DNA from: Gammaproteobacteria bacterium
GTDB lineage: Bacteria > Pseudomonadota > Gammaproteobacteria > UBA4575
Direction: 5' to 3'
NCBI GenBank assembly: GCA_965221955.1
Contig: CBDCTA010000029.1
Coordinates: forward strand, 224,001 to 288,000
DNA length: 64,000 nucleotides
A program made the position numbers and the translations under genes. The notes under the pieces were generated by a model. The model was not told the DNA's origin. It did not search any database and saw nothing but the letters and a program-made list of their open reading frames with translations. This document shows positions 1 to 11,000 of this stretch, piece after piece. Position 1 is the stretch's first letter, and each line of letters begins with the position of its first letter.

Positions 1-770
1 TACAGCCTAGTAACAACAGAGATTGGTTAGATGAAGTTGCTGAATTACCTCGAATTAATATTGACAACAATATGGTCACTATTGAGAATTTTCGTGACTT
101 TACTTGGCAAAGTATCGATAACAGTGATCAAAATTGGGTAACTCGTGATTATGATTTGAATAAACTCCAAGGTCTGTCTCTTATTGTAGTGCCTTTCCAT
201 GACTCTAAGTATATGGCACATACTATGCTTGTATTTGAATTTGAAAACATGAATAACATTATTGTTTCAGTTGAAACACGTAAAGAAAAAAACGAAAACT
301 ATAGTTTAGTAGCAGGAGCTCTACGACAGCTAGAGCTAATTTACGTTTTCGGAAGCGAACAAGATTTACTTACCTTACGTGCAGTACATAGAGGTTCAAA
401 GCTTCATTTTTATCCCATTAAAGCAGAGCCTGAATTCATCATCAGTTTATTTAAAGATCTAGCTCAGTCAGCAAATATTTTGCATACAAGTCCTCAGTTC
501 TATCGCACATTGCGTGATAATTGTACAACTACTTTGGTTAGGCATATCGACCATCATTATCAAAATAAAATTGGTTGGCGTATGCAGACGGTATTTCCGG
601 CTAAAGCCGGAGAGTTGTTATATGAGCTTAACCGTATGGATACGCATTTATCTTATCAGCAAGCCTATCAAGCGTCTCAAATAGGGCATCTAATAAAGCA
701 ATTTGAGGAAGAAAAGAAATTTTCGGCTTTGTTGCATGCTGAAGTGGATCGGGCATATGAAAAGAAATAA
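1..770 (+). CDS. DUF4105 (Lnb N-terminal-like) domain protein, 5'-truncated by the window edge
   Basis: Frame stays open upstream of the ORF-track start (QPSNNRDWLDEVAELP...). Motifs AHTMLVFEF, SVETRKE, ELIYV and FYRTLRDNCTT are typical of DUF4105. Confidence 0.8.
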   Translation, partial: QPSNNRDWLDEVAELPRINIDNNMVTIENFRDFTWQSIDNSDQNWVTRDYDLNKLQGLSLIVVPFHDSKYMAHTMLVFEFENMNNIIVSVETRKEKNENYSLVAGALRQLELIYVFGSEQDLLTLRAVHRGSKLHFYPIKAEPEFIISLFKDLAQSANILHTSPQFYRTLRDNCTTTLVRHIDHHYQNKIGWRMQTVFPAKAGELLYELNRMDTHLSYQQAYQASQIGHLIKQFEEEKKFSALLHAEVDRAYEKK

Positions 771-851
771 CTACCGTATTACTTCTTGATAATATAGCTT
801 CGATGGACGGCTCTTATATAATATGTAAAAAATTCAGAACAATAAAATACC

Positions 852-2021
852 ATGAAAAAAATAGTTATTGCTCCCGATTCATTTAAAGGCAACCTTACCT
901 CTCTAGAAGTAGCAACCTGCTTGGAAAAAGGTATTAAACGAGTATTGCCAAAAGCAAAATGTATCAAAGTACCGATGGCAGATGGTGGGGAAGGTACCGT
1001 GCAGTCATTAGTTGATGCTGCAAAAGGTAAATTGGTTTCGAAACGTGTCAAAGGTCCAGCAGGAAAATTAGTGACAGCAAAATATGGCTGGTTAGCAAAG
1101 CAAAAAACTGCCGTAATTGAGATGGCAGAAGCCTCAGGCTTACCGTTGGTAAATGGGCGCGAAAAAAATCCTCTCAAAACCACAACATATGGTACTGGGC
1201 AATTAATTTTAGATGCCATTGATAAAGGTGCAAAAAAAATCATAATCGGTATTGGTGGCTCGGCAACCAATGATGGCGGTAGTGGAATGGCCCAAGCATT
1301 AGGAGTTAAGTTTTTAAATTCCAATGGTAGAGAAATTAAAGAGCTTGGATGTGGAGGTATGTTGGCAAAAATTGCGAAAATTGATATGCAAAGCCTAGAT
1401 CCACGTATCGCAAAAACAAAAATAGTCGTTGCATGTGACGTGGAAAATCCACTTTGTGGGAAAAAAGGTGCATCGCATGTTTTTGGTCCGCAAAAAGGTG
1501 CAACACCAAAAATGGTTAAGCAGTTAGATGAAAACTTGAGTCAATTCGGAAAATTATTAAAGCGTGATGTAAAAAAAGATGTAGCACGGAAACCAGGTGC
1601 AGGTGCTGCAGGGGGCTTAGGTGCTGGCTTATTGGCTTTTACCAATGCGAAGCTTGAAAGAGGGATTGATATTGTTTTAGATGCAACTAATCTTGCTAAG
1701 TATATTAAGGGTTCTGATTTAGTTATTACTGGCGAAGGCCGTGTCGATTTCCAAACTGCTTTTGGTAAAACACCGTCTGGTGTAGCGAAGGCTGCTAATA
1801 AATGTAAGGTACCAGTGATCGCAATAGGGGGCGCATTGTCTGATGATGCACGACAAGTATTTGCTCATGGTATTGATGCGATCGAGAGCGCAGCTGCAAA
1901 AGATATGAGTTTAGAAGAAGCTATAAAGAATTCTAAGCAAGATCTTGCCAATGCTGCTGAACGTGTAATTCGTATGATTCTTATTGGCAAAAAGATGGCA
2001 GCAAAAACAAGCCGCAGATAA
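852..2021 (+). CDS. glxK: Glycerate kinase (GlxK/GarK family)
   Basis: KIVIAPDSFKG, PMADGGEGT, IGIGGSATNDGG, GAGAAGGLG, VITGEGRVDFQT. Confidence 0.95.
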   Translation: MKKIVIAPDSFKGNLTSLEVATCLEKGIKRVLPKAKCIKVPMADGGEGTVQSLVDAAKGKLVSKRVKGPAGKLVTAKYGWLAKQKTAVIEMAEASGLPLVNGREKNPLKTTTYGTGQLILDAIDKGAKKIIIGIGGSATNDGGSGMAQALGVKFLNSNGREIKELGCGGMLAKIAKIDMQSLDPRIAKTKIVVACDVENPLCGKKGASHVFGPQKGATPKMVKQLDENLSQFGKLLKRDVKKDVARKPGAGAAGGLGAGLLAFTNAKLERGIDIVLDATNLAKYIKGSDLVITGEGRVDFQTAFGKTPSGVAKAANKCKVPVIAIGGALSDDARQVFAHGIDAIESAAAKDMSLEEAIKNSKQDLANAAERVIRMILIGKKMAAKTSRR

Positions 2022-2057
2022 CTTCTAGTTTAGTTCTGGCTAATTTCTGAGAGTTTC

Positions 2058-2453
2058 TTATTCTGTAAAGCTTAATTTAAGCGCTTCAAACGTATTTTTT
2101 GGCAGTCCACGGTTCTTTATAAACTCATCTTTAAAGTCGTTTTTTGCCTGTTCTAAATGCTGACTGCATTTGGCCGATGGTTTCTGATTGTGAAGATCTT
2201 CACAGCCCACTAGCGGTGTGTATTGCTTAAGAAAAGCGATCTCAAAATCGTCAGATAGCTTTTGTTTTAGAGCAGCGTGATCTTGTTGCGCTGATATTTT
2301 GTCTACAACACTACTCTCAGAGGTAAGTGTGTGAATTTCAGCTGAATGATCACGTTGTGAGGATAAATAAAAACCAAATGTGAAAACTGCAATAATGATG
2401 ACCCAAAGAAAAGGTGTTTTTGCAGTCGTATGATTCATGCTTAGATGATGCAA
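2058..2453 (-). CDS. Hypothetical membrane-anchored or exported protein with a Cys pair
   Basis: 131-aa ORF with one N-terminal hydrophobic helix and YTPLVGC...KCSQH; the start may be the second Met. Confidence 0.6.
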   Translation of the reverse strand: MHHLSMNHTTAKTPFLWVIIIAVFTFGFYLSSQRDHSAEIHTLTSESSVVDKISAQQDHAALKQKLSDDFEIAFLKQYTPLVGCEDLHNQKPSAKCSQHLEQAKNDFKDEFIKNRGLPKNTFEALKLSFTE

Positions 2454-2570
2454 TATAAAACCATATTGAGATCATAACACCCGATAAATGGACACGCTAA
2501 ACCTCGGGGCTGTAAACCTGAGCCGAATTAAATAGTTTTGGTAATTATATAATTGTCGAACAAGTAGACC

Positions 2571-2741
2571 TTAGTCTTTAACTTCTCTGTCCGTCATTGC
2601 CATCCAAGTCTTGAATCTAGCACGTTCAATGAATTCTATGTCTGGACAGCTATTACCACGTCGATCGGACTTATTCCTGCGGTCTTCACCTTTAAACTGG
2701 CGCCGATCACTGCCGGAGCGTCTCTCTTGAAAATGGGCCAT
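2571..2741 (-). CDS. Unannotated 56-aa Arg-rich peptide with tandem (D/E)RR motifs (possible c-di-GMP binder)
   Basis: Hand translation MAHFQERRSGSDRRQFKGEDRRNKSDRRGNSCPDIEFIERARFKTWMAMTDREVKD*; strong SD AGAGGAGAG just upstream. Confidence 0.75.
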   Translation of the reverse strand: MAHFQERRSGSDRRQFKGEDRRNKSDRRGNSCPDIEFIERARFKTWMAMTDREVKD

Positions 2742-2902
2742 GCTCTCTCCTCTAGTTGAGCAGGCTTAGGGTTCACTATATGTATAGTGAGGTAAAGGAG
2801 AGGTAAAATAAGTGGTCGAAAAAAGCAGACGAATGGGTATTTCGTCAAAATATTTACATATTAAAACATAGCATTAAAAGCTGCAGAAATGGTTACTCTA
2901 AA

Positions 2903-3103
2903 ATGAATAAAACTATCATTTATATTGGTATTTTAATTATCGCTGTAGGTTTGTTGTGGCCTTGGATAATAAAATTACCGCTAGGAAGGTTGCCTGGTGA
3001 TGTTGTTATTAAGAAAGAAGGATTTCAGTTTTACTTCCCAGTCACTACCATGATTATTATTAGTATCATAATTTCGATACTAATTTGGTTGTTCAAAAAA
3101 TAG
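2903..3103 (+). CDS. DUF2905 small membrane protein
   Basis: LGRLPGDV and FYFPVTT motifs between two TM helices. Confidence 0.85.
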   Translation: MNKTIIYIGILIIAVGLLWPWIIKLPLGRLPGDVVIKKEGFQFYFPVTTMIIISIIISILIWLFKK

Positions 3104-3110
3104 ATACGTT

Positions 3111-5579
3111 TTAATTAATTGCTCGCAAAGGTTGTTTAAAATTTTTCTGGCTAAGAAAAATAGCTTCTATAGGCACTGGCTCACCTATCACATAACCTTG
3201 AATGTAATCAACTCCAATCTCTTTAACTGTAGCTAAAATTTCTTCGTTTTCGACATATTCAGCAATAGTTTTTATATTCATTAGTTTCGAGATTGTATTT
3301 AATGATTTAACCATTTCATAATCAATTTTATTTGAATCAATATCTCGAATAAATATTCCATCTATCTTTACATAGTCAACAGGTAGATGCTTAAGGTTTT
3401 CAAAAGAAGAAAATCCTGTTCCAAAGTCATCTAAAGCAAATCTACACCCTAGTTTTTGTAACTCAGTAATAAAATTATTTGCTTCTGTTAAGTTAGAGAC
3501 TGCTATAGTTTCAGTTATTTCAAAACATATTAATTCAGTTGGTATATTGTATTTGTTAAATATTTTAGTTACATAATTTAAAAATGTAGGATCACATAGG
3601 GATGCTCCAGAAATGTTAATTGAGAGTGTATCTAAATTATTATAAATAGAGTTATTTTCAGAGATGGTTTTGATACAGGCCTTGAAAACCCATTTATCTA
3701 TTTTGCTTATTAAATTATATCTTTCTGCTGTTGGTAAGAACCAGTTTGGAGTAATAATAGAGTTGTTATCATTAAGCATACGAATAAGAACTTCATAATG
3801 CTTATGTGTGTTATCTAAATTGTTTGTAGGGCATATGGGCTGTAAGAATAGTTTGAACTGACCATTTTCTAACGCATTGTTTATAGTGTTACAGGATTCA
3901 GCATCGTTTCGATTTAAATCAACTGCAGTATCATCAACACTATATACGCATATTTGATTTGTATTGGAAATTTTAACTGCCCGACAGGCATTATCAGCTG
4001 TTTGAAGAATTTTATCAGAGCTTTTTGTTTCAGCATTAATCGATACAATACCAATACTTGCGCCTACTCTAAAAACTCTATCATTCCAATTAAAAGAGTA
4101 TTTATCTATTGTTTTTTGTATATTTTTAGCAATATCTTTTGCTTTTTCTAGGGTAATATTCTCAAGTAATATTGCAAATTCATCACCACCTAGTCTCGCA
4201 ATAAAATCATTCTTACGAATATTTTGTTGCATTAGACTACCAATTTGTTTGAGTAGACTATCTCCTGCACTGTGTCCACAAGTGTCATTAATTAACTTGA
4301 AGCGGTCTAGGTCTATATAACATAAAGCGTGAGAAGTACGATTATCCCCACACGTCAATACTAATTTATCTAGATATATCTCAAATGCTCGTCTATTTGC
4401 TAAACCTGTTAAGGAGTCATGACTAGCATGATAAGAAAGTTTGTTTTCTGCCCATGATCTTTTAATTGCAGCCCCAATAATTGCAGCTGTAGTTTTTAGT
4501 ATATTAACTTCATCAACTTTCCAGGATTTTCCTGGTATACATTCGTCAAAGCATATAAACCCCCACCAGTTGTTACCTACAAATATTGGTACAGCAAATA
4601 ATGACTCAATGTCGATTGATTTTAAAAAGTGGCGTTCATTTTCTGGGAATGTATTTATATCACCAAGAATTGATCTTCTTGCTGACAATTCATTTTTCCA
4701 GCGCGTTAAACCTAATTGGCTATACGAGATTGTAATATTATGAAACTTATATTCTGGTGCATCTTTTCCAGACCAATGAAATCTACATTTCGTATAAGTT
4801 TCACTGTCAGTTTCTTCTAATGAATTCTCGAAAATCTGAATTCTGCTTATTGAAATATTATTTCCTAATTTCTCTAAGAATTCAGGAATTGCTTGTTCCC
4901 AAGTCTCTTCTAATAAACATTCAGACGCATCTGCTACAGCATTTAAAATATTTTTCTGCTTGTTAAGTTCTTCGTTTCTATCGACTTCTTCATTTATATT
5001 TTTAAGGTTTGCATCAATAATTTTATGTAATTTAAATGAACTAGAAAGCATATAAAAATACATGACGGTTATACCTGCAGCCATATATATATAAATTTCT
5101 AATTGCGGGGGAGTTATTAATAAGTAAACTAATATTGGTGCAACGACTGAAGTGGAAAATGATATAAAGGCCTTTTTTGTAAAAGAGTAAGAACTTATTG
5201 CACCTGCAATAATTGCACAGCACCACATTATTGTGATACCTAAATATAAGATATCTTCTTTAGATGGAATAAGTATAGATGCGCTCCATAATAATCCTGA
5301 AGCACATAGGCCAATATATAATAGACTTTTCCAAGTTGAAGAATTTAGAGCACGAGATGGTTCAGACTTATAGTAATAGTAATGAGTAAATCTCAAGCAG
5401 GCTAATACTAGAACACAAGCAAGCCAATTAATTACATTTTTAGTGTTAGAGGTATTCCATAAGACTAAACCTAAAACAAGGCTTGTAACGGCTGTGGCTA
5501 TAATTCCAAATGCATAATGTTCTGCTAACAATTGTAATTTAGCTTGTTGAATTCTTATTTTATATTTGTCGTAGGACAT
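3111..5579 (-). CDS. Membrane-bound GAF-GGDEF-EAL diguanylate cyclase/phosphodiesterase
   Basis: Multi-TM N-terminus; GAF (AVPIFVGNNWWGFICFD); RKND I-site plus GGDEF; EVLIRM and ALDDFGTG EAL motifs. Confidence 0.93.
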   Translation of the reverse strand: MSYDKYKIRIQQAKLQLLAEHYAFGIIATAVTSLVLGLVLWNTSNTKNVINWLACVLVLACLRFTHYYYYKSEPSRALNSSTWKSLLYIGLCASGLLWSASILIPSKEDILYLGITIMWCCAIIAGAISSYSFTKKAFISFSTSVVAPILVYLLITPPQLEIYIYMAAGITVMYFYMLSSSFKLHKIIDANLKNINEEVDRNEELNKQKNILNAVADASECLLEETWEQAIPEFLEKLGNNISISRIQIFENSLEETDSETYTKCRFHWSGKDAPEYKFHNITISYSQLGLTRWKNELSARRSILGDINTFPENERHFLKSIDIESLFAVPIFVGNNWWGFICFDECIPGKSWKVDEVNILKTTAAIIGAAIKRSWAENKLSYHASHDSLTGLANRRAFEIYLDKLVLTCGDNRTSHALCYIDLDRFKLINDTCGHSAGDSLLKQIGSLMQQNIRKNDFIARLGGDEFAILLENITLEKAKDIAKNIQKTIDKYSFNWNDRVFRVGASIGIVSINAETKSSDKILQTADNACRAVKISNTNQICVYSVDDTAVDLNRNDAESCNTINNALENGQFKLFLQPICPTNNLDNTHKHYEVLIRMLNDNNSIITPNWFLPTAERYNLISKIDKWVFKACIKTISENNSIYNNLDTLSINISGASLCDPTFLNYVTKIFNKYNIPTELICFEITETIAVSNLTEANNFITELQKLGCRFALDDFGTGFSSFENLKHLPVDYVKIDGIFIRDIDSNKIDYEMVKSLNTISKLMNIKTIAEYVENEEILATVKEIGVDYIQGYVIGEPVPIEAIFLSQKNFKQPLRAIN

Positions 5580-5645
5580 GCATTTACCTACTTCCAGTAA
5601 TATGAAAGGTAAAATTATTTTGTTTTCAAGAGCTTAAGGTATAAC

Positions 5646-5671
5646 TATCTGATATTGTCAAATATCAGATA
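5646..5671. promoter_or_regulatory. Inverted repeat (operator or weak terminator) upstream of the GGDEF-EAL gene
   Basis: TATCTGATATT-gtca-AATATCAGATA, perfect 11-bp arms. Confidence 0.4.
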
Positions 5672-5819
5672 AATGTTTAAATAAGACAGATGGAGTGTCT
5701 CTAATAAGTAAAGAACGTATCTATGAAGCTGTTATCAAGGTATATAAAATACGGGTAACTTTGATTATTGTGTTTTGCGATAGTTATTTTTTAGGCGATT
5801 AAATTGAGCGTAGATCAAA

Positions 5820-6413
5820 TTAAGCAGCTTGGTGTAGATTATAATCACGTAAACTTCCAAGTACTGCAGCTTTAATCTCTTGAGCCGAATAAATTTTTCT
5901 AGCTCTAATGCGAATGAGTGCGAAATTAGCGCTTTCACAGGCTGAATTTAAGAATTGGTCACGCGCTCTTCGATTTGTGAGTTGGTGGCTACGATCATCG
6001 AGTTCAATTGCAGCGATAATCTCGTAGCTCGTAGGGCTACAGAGTAAAAAATCAAAATGTTTACAGCTAATTTTACTAAAGGCACTCTGCCATTCACTTT
6101 TGCTGATGCCAGTTTGTGGTTTTAATACATCCGCTACTCTCACTTTCATTAAGATTAAATATTGATCACTTAAACCCATATGCAATGCTTGATAAAAAGC
6201 TTGTTCAGCTTTCGATAGTAAGGTTGGTTTTGTCTGATAGCGAGCTGTGGGAGCGCTGATTTCGGGTAATTTTGCACTGGGTTCTAAACGTAGCTTGTTT
6301 GCTTCGTTTTTACGCGCAGCTTTAGTTTCTAGTTTTTGGGCACGATGCTTTACAAGCCAGTTTATTAATAGCAAACCTAGAATAATGGGTACCCCTATGG
6401 CTAACCATTCCAT
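5820..6413 (-). CDS. DUF2726 domain protein with N-terminal TM helix
   Basis: LLSKAEQAFY, KVRVADVL, KHFDFLLC, IELDDRSH, RDQFL. Confidence 0.88.
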   Translation of the reverse strand: MEWLAIGVPIILGLLLINWLVKHRAQKLETKAARKNEANKLRLEPSAKLPEISAPTARYQTKPTLLSKAEQAFYQALHMGLSDQYLILMKVRVADVLKPQTGISKSEWQSAFSKISCKHFDFLLCSPTSYEIIAAIELDDRSHQLTNRRARDQFLNSACESANFALIRIRARKIYSAQEIKAAVLGSLRDYNLHQAA

Positions 6414-6533
6414 ACATAACTCCAAATTTTCCTGGAAGTCGTATGATCAGTTAGTTAGGTAATAGAATAAATAGTGAACAGATATTCGTTCGAACAAAAT
6501 CGCTAAATGGTAAAAGCAATTTTTGCGTTTGGG

Positions 6534-8018
6534 CTACTGGCCACGGCTAGAAGGTAAAACGGGTGCAGGGAGTTGGCTTTCACCCATTAAATAAGTGTCT
6601 ATAGCTTGTGCCGCAGAACGACCTTCGGCGATAGCCCACACAATTAAACTTTGACCGCGTTGCATGTCACCCGCAGTGAATACGCCTTCTACATTGGTCA
6701 TCCAGTTTTGGTCACAAACAACATTGCCACGCTCATCTAACTCAACATCAAGCTGTTCTAACATGCCTGGTTTTTCCGGACCTAAGAAGCCCATTGCGAG
6801 TAACGCAAGGTCACAAGGTAATGTTTCATGACTCTCAGGTACTTCTTCAAAAGTTAAACGACCTCCGTTGACGTTAGCACGTCCATCAGCATTCACCATC
6901 TTCACTCGTGCCAGCTCTAGGCCTTTAACATTTCCATTTTCATCACCGACAAAACGCTTCGTTGAAATGGAATACAAACGTTCTACACCTTCTTCATGTG
7001 CAGAAGCAGTACGGAAAACACGCGGCCATTCTGGCCAAGGATTATTTTCGGCTCTAGCTTTAGGAGGTTTAGGCATAATTTCGAGTTGATGAACAGATAG
7101 CGCACCTTGGCGGTTAGCAGTGCCTAAACAGTCGGCGCCTGTATCACCACCACCTATGATAATTACATGTTTACCCTCTGCGCTGATAAAGTTTTCAGGC
7201 TTGGCATCACCCTCACATAATTTATTTTGCATGGGTAGATATTCCATTGCTTGGTGAATGCCATTTAATTCTCGACCTTCAACCGGTAAGTCGCGGGCGG
7301 CACATGCTCCTCCAGTGAGTAGCAATGCATCAAATTCTTTTTTTAAGTCATCGACAGAAATATTTTCACCAACATGCATATTGGTTTTAAAAATGACGCC
7401 TTCAGCAATCATTTGCTCCATGCGACGGTCAATGACACGTTTTTCCATTTTAAATTCAGGAATTCCATAACGTAATAAACCACCAATACGGTCTGCACGT
7501 TCAAATACAGTTACTTCATGTCCAGCGCGTGCAAGTTGTTGAGCAGCCGCTAAGCCTGCAGGACCAGAACCTACAATAGCGATTTGTTTACCGGTTTTCT
7601 TTTTAGCCATTTGAGGAGAAATCCAGCCGTTCTCCCATGCTTTATCAATAATAGTGAGCTCGACGCCTTTAATCGTTACAGGGTCATCATTAATGCCGAG
7701 TACGCATGAACCCTCACAAGGAGCTGGACACAGGGTGCCGGTAAATTCCGGAAAATTATTGGTTGCATGTAAACGTTTAATCGCATCTTGCCATTGATCG
7801 CGATAGACTAAATCATTCCAATCAGGAATTAAATTTCCAAGTGGGCAACCTTGATGGCAGAAAGGTATGCCGCAATCCATACAACGTGCAGCTTGCTCTT
7901 TGAGTGGATCCAGTTGCCATGGTGCCATGACTTGGTTCCAGTCTTGAATACGTTCTTCAACTGGTCGATAAGGTTGTTTTGCGCGGGAATATTCCATAAA
8001 CCCTGTTACTTTAGCCAT
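6534..8018 (-). CDS. gltD: Glutamate synthase small subunit
   Basis: RCMDCGIPFCHQGCP, NNFPEFTG, GSGPAGL, GGGDTGADC, GDMQRGQSLIVWAI. Confidence 0.97.
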   Translation of the reverse strand: MAKVTGFMEYSRAKQPYRPVEERIQDWNQVMAPWQLDPLKEQAARCMDCGIPFCHQGCPLGNLIPDWNDLVYRDQWQDAIKRLHATNNFPEFTGTLCPAPCEGSCVLGINDDPVTIKGVELTIIDKAWENGWISPQMAKKKTGKQIAIVGSGPAGLAAAQQLARAGHEVTVFERADRIGGLLRYGIPEFKMEKRVIDRRMEQMIAEGVIFKTNMHVGENISVDDLKKEFDALLLTGGACAARDLPVEGRELNGIHQAMEYLPMQNKLCEGDAKPENFISAEGKHVIIIGGGDTGADCLGTANRQGALSVHQLEIMPKPPKARAENNPWPEWPRVFRTASAHEEGVERLYSISTKRFVGDENGNVKGLELARVKMVNADGRANVNGGRLTFEEVPESHETLPCDLALLAMGFLGPEKPGMLEQLDVELDERGNVVCDQNWMTNVEGVFTAGDMQRGQSLIVWAIAEGRSAAQAIDTYLMGESQLPAPVLPSSRGQ

Positions 8019-8059
8019 GCGCCGTTACCACCTTAGTTTGATGTTCCTTGTAGTCATAC

Positions 8060-11000
8060 CTATCCATGAGCCGCTTCCATTACTGCTTCGTCAACCGATG
8101 TTCCTTCTGCTTTCGCACGCTTCATCGCCGTGAGTACGCGCTTATAATCTTTCGGCATCACCTTAATAAACTTAGTTTGATACTCAGACCAATTGCTTAA
8201 AATATTTTCTGCGACAGTACTATTTGTATAGCTAACATGCTTGTTGAGCATGTCTTTGACAATTTGTTTGTCTTCATCATCAAGTTCATCCAAATCAACC
8301 ATGTCTTGATTGCATAAAATTTCGAATTCATTTCTATTAGCTAATACATACGCTTCACCACCAGACATGCCTGCAGCAAAGTTTCTACCTGTAGGGCCAA
8401 TCACCACGACACGACCACCAGTCATATATTCACAACAGTGATCTCCTACACCTTCAACAACTGTGTGTACCCCACTATTGCGTACACAAAAACGTTCGCC
8501 AGCTATGCCACGAATATAGGTTTCACCAGACGTGGCACCATATAAAAGCACATTACCGACAATAATATTTTCTTCTGGGATAAAAGTTGCAGCCTGGTCA
8601 GGATAGACAATAATTTTACCTCCCGATAAACCTTTGCCTAAATAATCGTTTGCATCCCCTTCAAGTGTAAGCGTGACACCTTTGGGTACAAAAGCACCAA
8701 AGCTCATGCCAGCTGAACCTTTAAAGTGAGCACGGATCGTGTCTTCCGGTAAGCCTTCAGCACCGTGCTTTTTAGTAATATGGTGACCTAAAATCGTACC
8801 AACTGTACGATTAATATTTTTAACTTCTAGCGAAACTTCAACTGGAGATTTGTTATCAATGGCATCTCTGCATGCAGGAACTAATTGTGTGACATCTAAA
8901 GATTGATCTAAACCATGATCTTGATCATTGGTGCAATAGAAATCATTGTTCATGGGGTTTTCAGGTTCACGCAGAATATTACTGAAATCCAAGCCGCGTG
9001 CTTTCCAATGATCAACAGCAGCATTTACATCTAGTCGATCCACATGGCCAATCATTTCATCAAGGGTTCTAAAACCAAGTTGTGCCATATATTCACGTAC
9101 TTCTTCCGCTACAAACTTAAAGAAGTTTTCAACAAATTCAGGTTGTCCAGAGAACTTTTTGGTGAGTTCTGGGTTTTGTGTAGCGACACCCACTGGGCAT
9201 GTATTTAAGTGGCACACACGCATCATGATGCAGCCCATAACAACGAGTGGTGCAGTAGAAAAACCAAATTCTTCAGCGCCTAGTAAGGCAGCTACCACGA
9301 CATCACGACCGGTTTTTAATTGTCCATCAGTTTGCACAACGATGCGATCACGTAAACCATTCATCATGAGTACTTGCTGAGTTTCCGCTAGACCAAGTTC
9401 CCAAGGTAAACCCGCATGTTTGAGTGAACTCATTGGCGACGCACCGGTACCGCCGTCGTATCCTGAGATCAGCACAACATCAGAGTGTGCTTTGGCAACA
9501 CCTGCTGCCACTGTGCCCACGCCCACTTCTGCAACCAGTTTTACATGGATGCGTGCATCCGGATTAGAATTCTTTAAATCATGAATTAGCTGGGCTAAAT
9601 CTTCGATGGAATAAATATCATGGTGTGGGGGAGGTGAGATTAATCCCACACCTGGAGTAGAGCCACGCACTTTGGCAATCCATGGATATACTTTAGTTCC
9701 AGGTAGTTGACCACCTTCGCCTGGCTTAGCACCTTGTGCCATTTTAATTTGAATATCATCCGAGTTAACCAAGTACTCACTAGTGACTCCGAAGCGACCT
9801 GATGCAACCTGTTTGATTGAACTGCGGCGTAGATCGCCATTTTCATCAGGTGTGTAACGATCAGGATCTTCTCCGCCTTCACCTGTATTAGATTTGCCAC
9901 CAATACGGTTCATTGCAATGGCTAAAGTTTCGTGTGCTTGCTTGCTAATCGAGCCATACGACATTGCACCAGTAGAAAAACGTTTCATGATGTTTTCAAT
10001 CGGCTCGACTTCTTCTAAAGGAATAGGATTATTTGCATATTTAAAATTAAACAAGCCACGCAAGGTCGCAAGATGTTCGCTCTGATTGTTAACTTTGTCA
10101 GTGTATTCTTTAAAGATATTAAACTGACCAGAACGAGTGGAATGCTGTAACTTATAAACCGTTTCCGGATTGAATAGGTGATATTCACCGTCACGACGCC
10201 ATTGATATTCGCCACCCCAATCCAAGTCAGGCCGTTTTGCTGGACGATCAGGAAAGGCATTGTGGTGACGAATGCTCATTTCTTTCGCAACTTCTTCTAA
10301 TCCGATGCCACCAATTCGCGAAGCCGTCCAAGTAAAGTATTGGTCAACGAATTCTTTGTTTAAACCGATCGCTTCGAACACTTGTGCGCCACGATAAGAC
10401 TGTACCGTTGAGATACCCATTTTCGCCATGGTTTTAATCAATCCTTTGTTCACCGCCTTAGTGAAATTCTGCACGGCTTTCTCGTGAGGCATTTCAGGTA
10501 AATGTCCTTTACCGATCATGTCTTTTAAAGATTCAAAGGCTAGATATGGGTTAATTGCACTTGCGCCATAGCCAATCAATACAGCGAAATGGTGAACTTC
10601 GCGTGGTTCACCAGACTCGAGGATTAAACCTACTTGTGTGCGGGTTCCAGTACGAATTAAATGATGGTGTACACCTGCAGTCGCCAGCAATGCAGGCATG
10701 GCTGCTTTCTCTTGTGATATTCCACGATCAGAAAGAATAATATTTGTAAAACCATCTGCAATCGCTGCGTCCACTTCCGTGCAAACATTTTTTAAAGCTT
10801 GATCTAAACCTGTGCCGCCTTCTGCAACCGGGTATAAGATATCAACCGTTTTAGTTTTTAGGGCGGGTTGATTAATTTCACGAATACGTGCCAACTCTTC
10901 ATCACTCAATACCGGAGAAGGTATTTTAATTTGTCGGCAACTTTGTGCTGTAGGTTCTAATAAATTTTGTTCTGGTCCAACCGTGGTTGCAACTTGGGTG

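Noticed and set aside
779-1324. Long antisense ORFs (also those inside gltBD, ybiT, nrdAB, the TonB receptor and others)
   Set aside because: They are shadow frames of well-supported genes on the opposite strand and have no motifs of their own.
2454-2570. Possible c-di-GMP riboswitch in the GC-richer intergenic stretch
   Set aside because: Only a vague resemblance; the GNRA tetraloop/receptor and P1 pairing could not be built.
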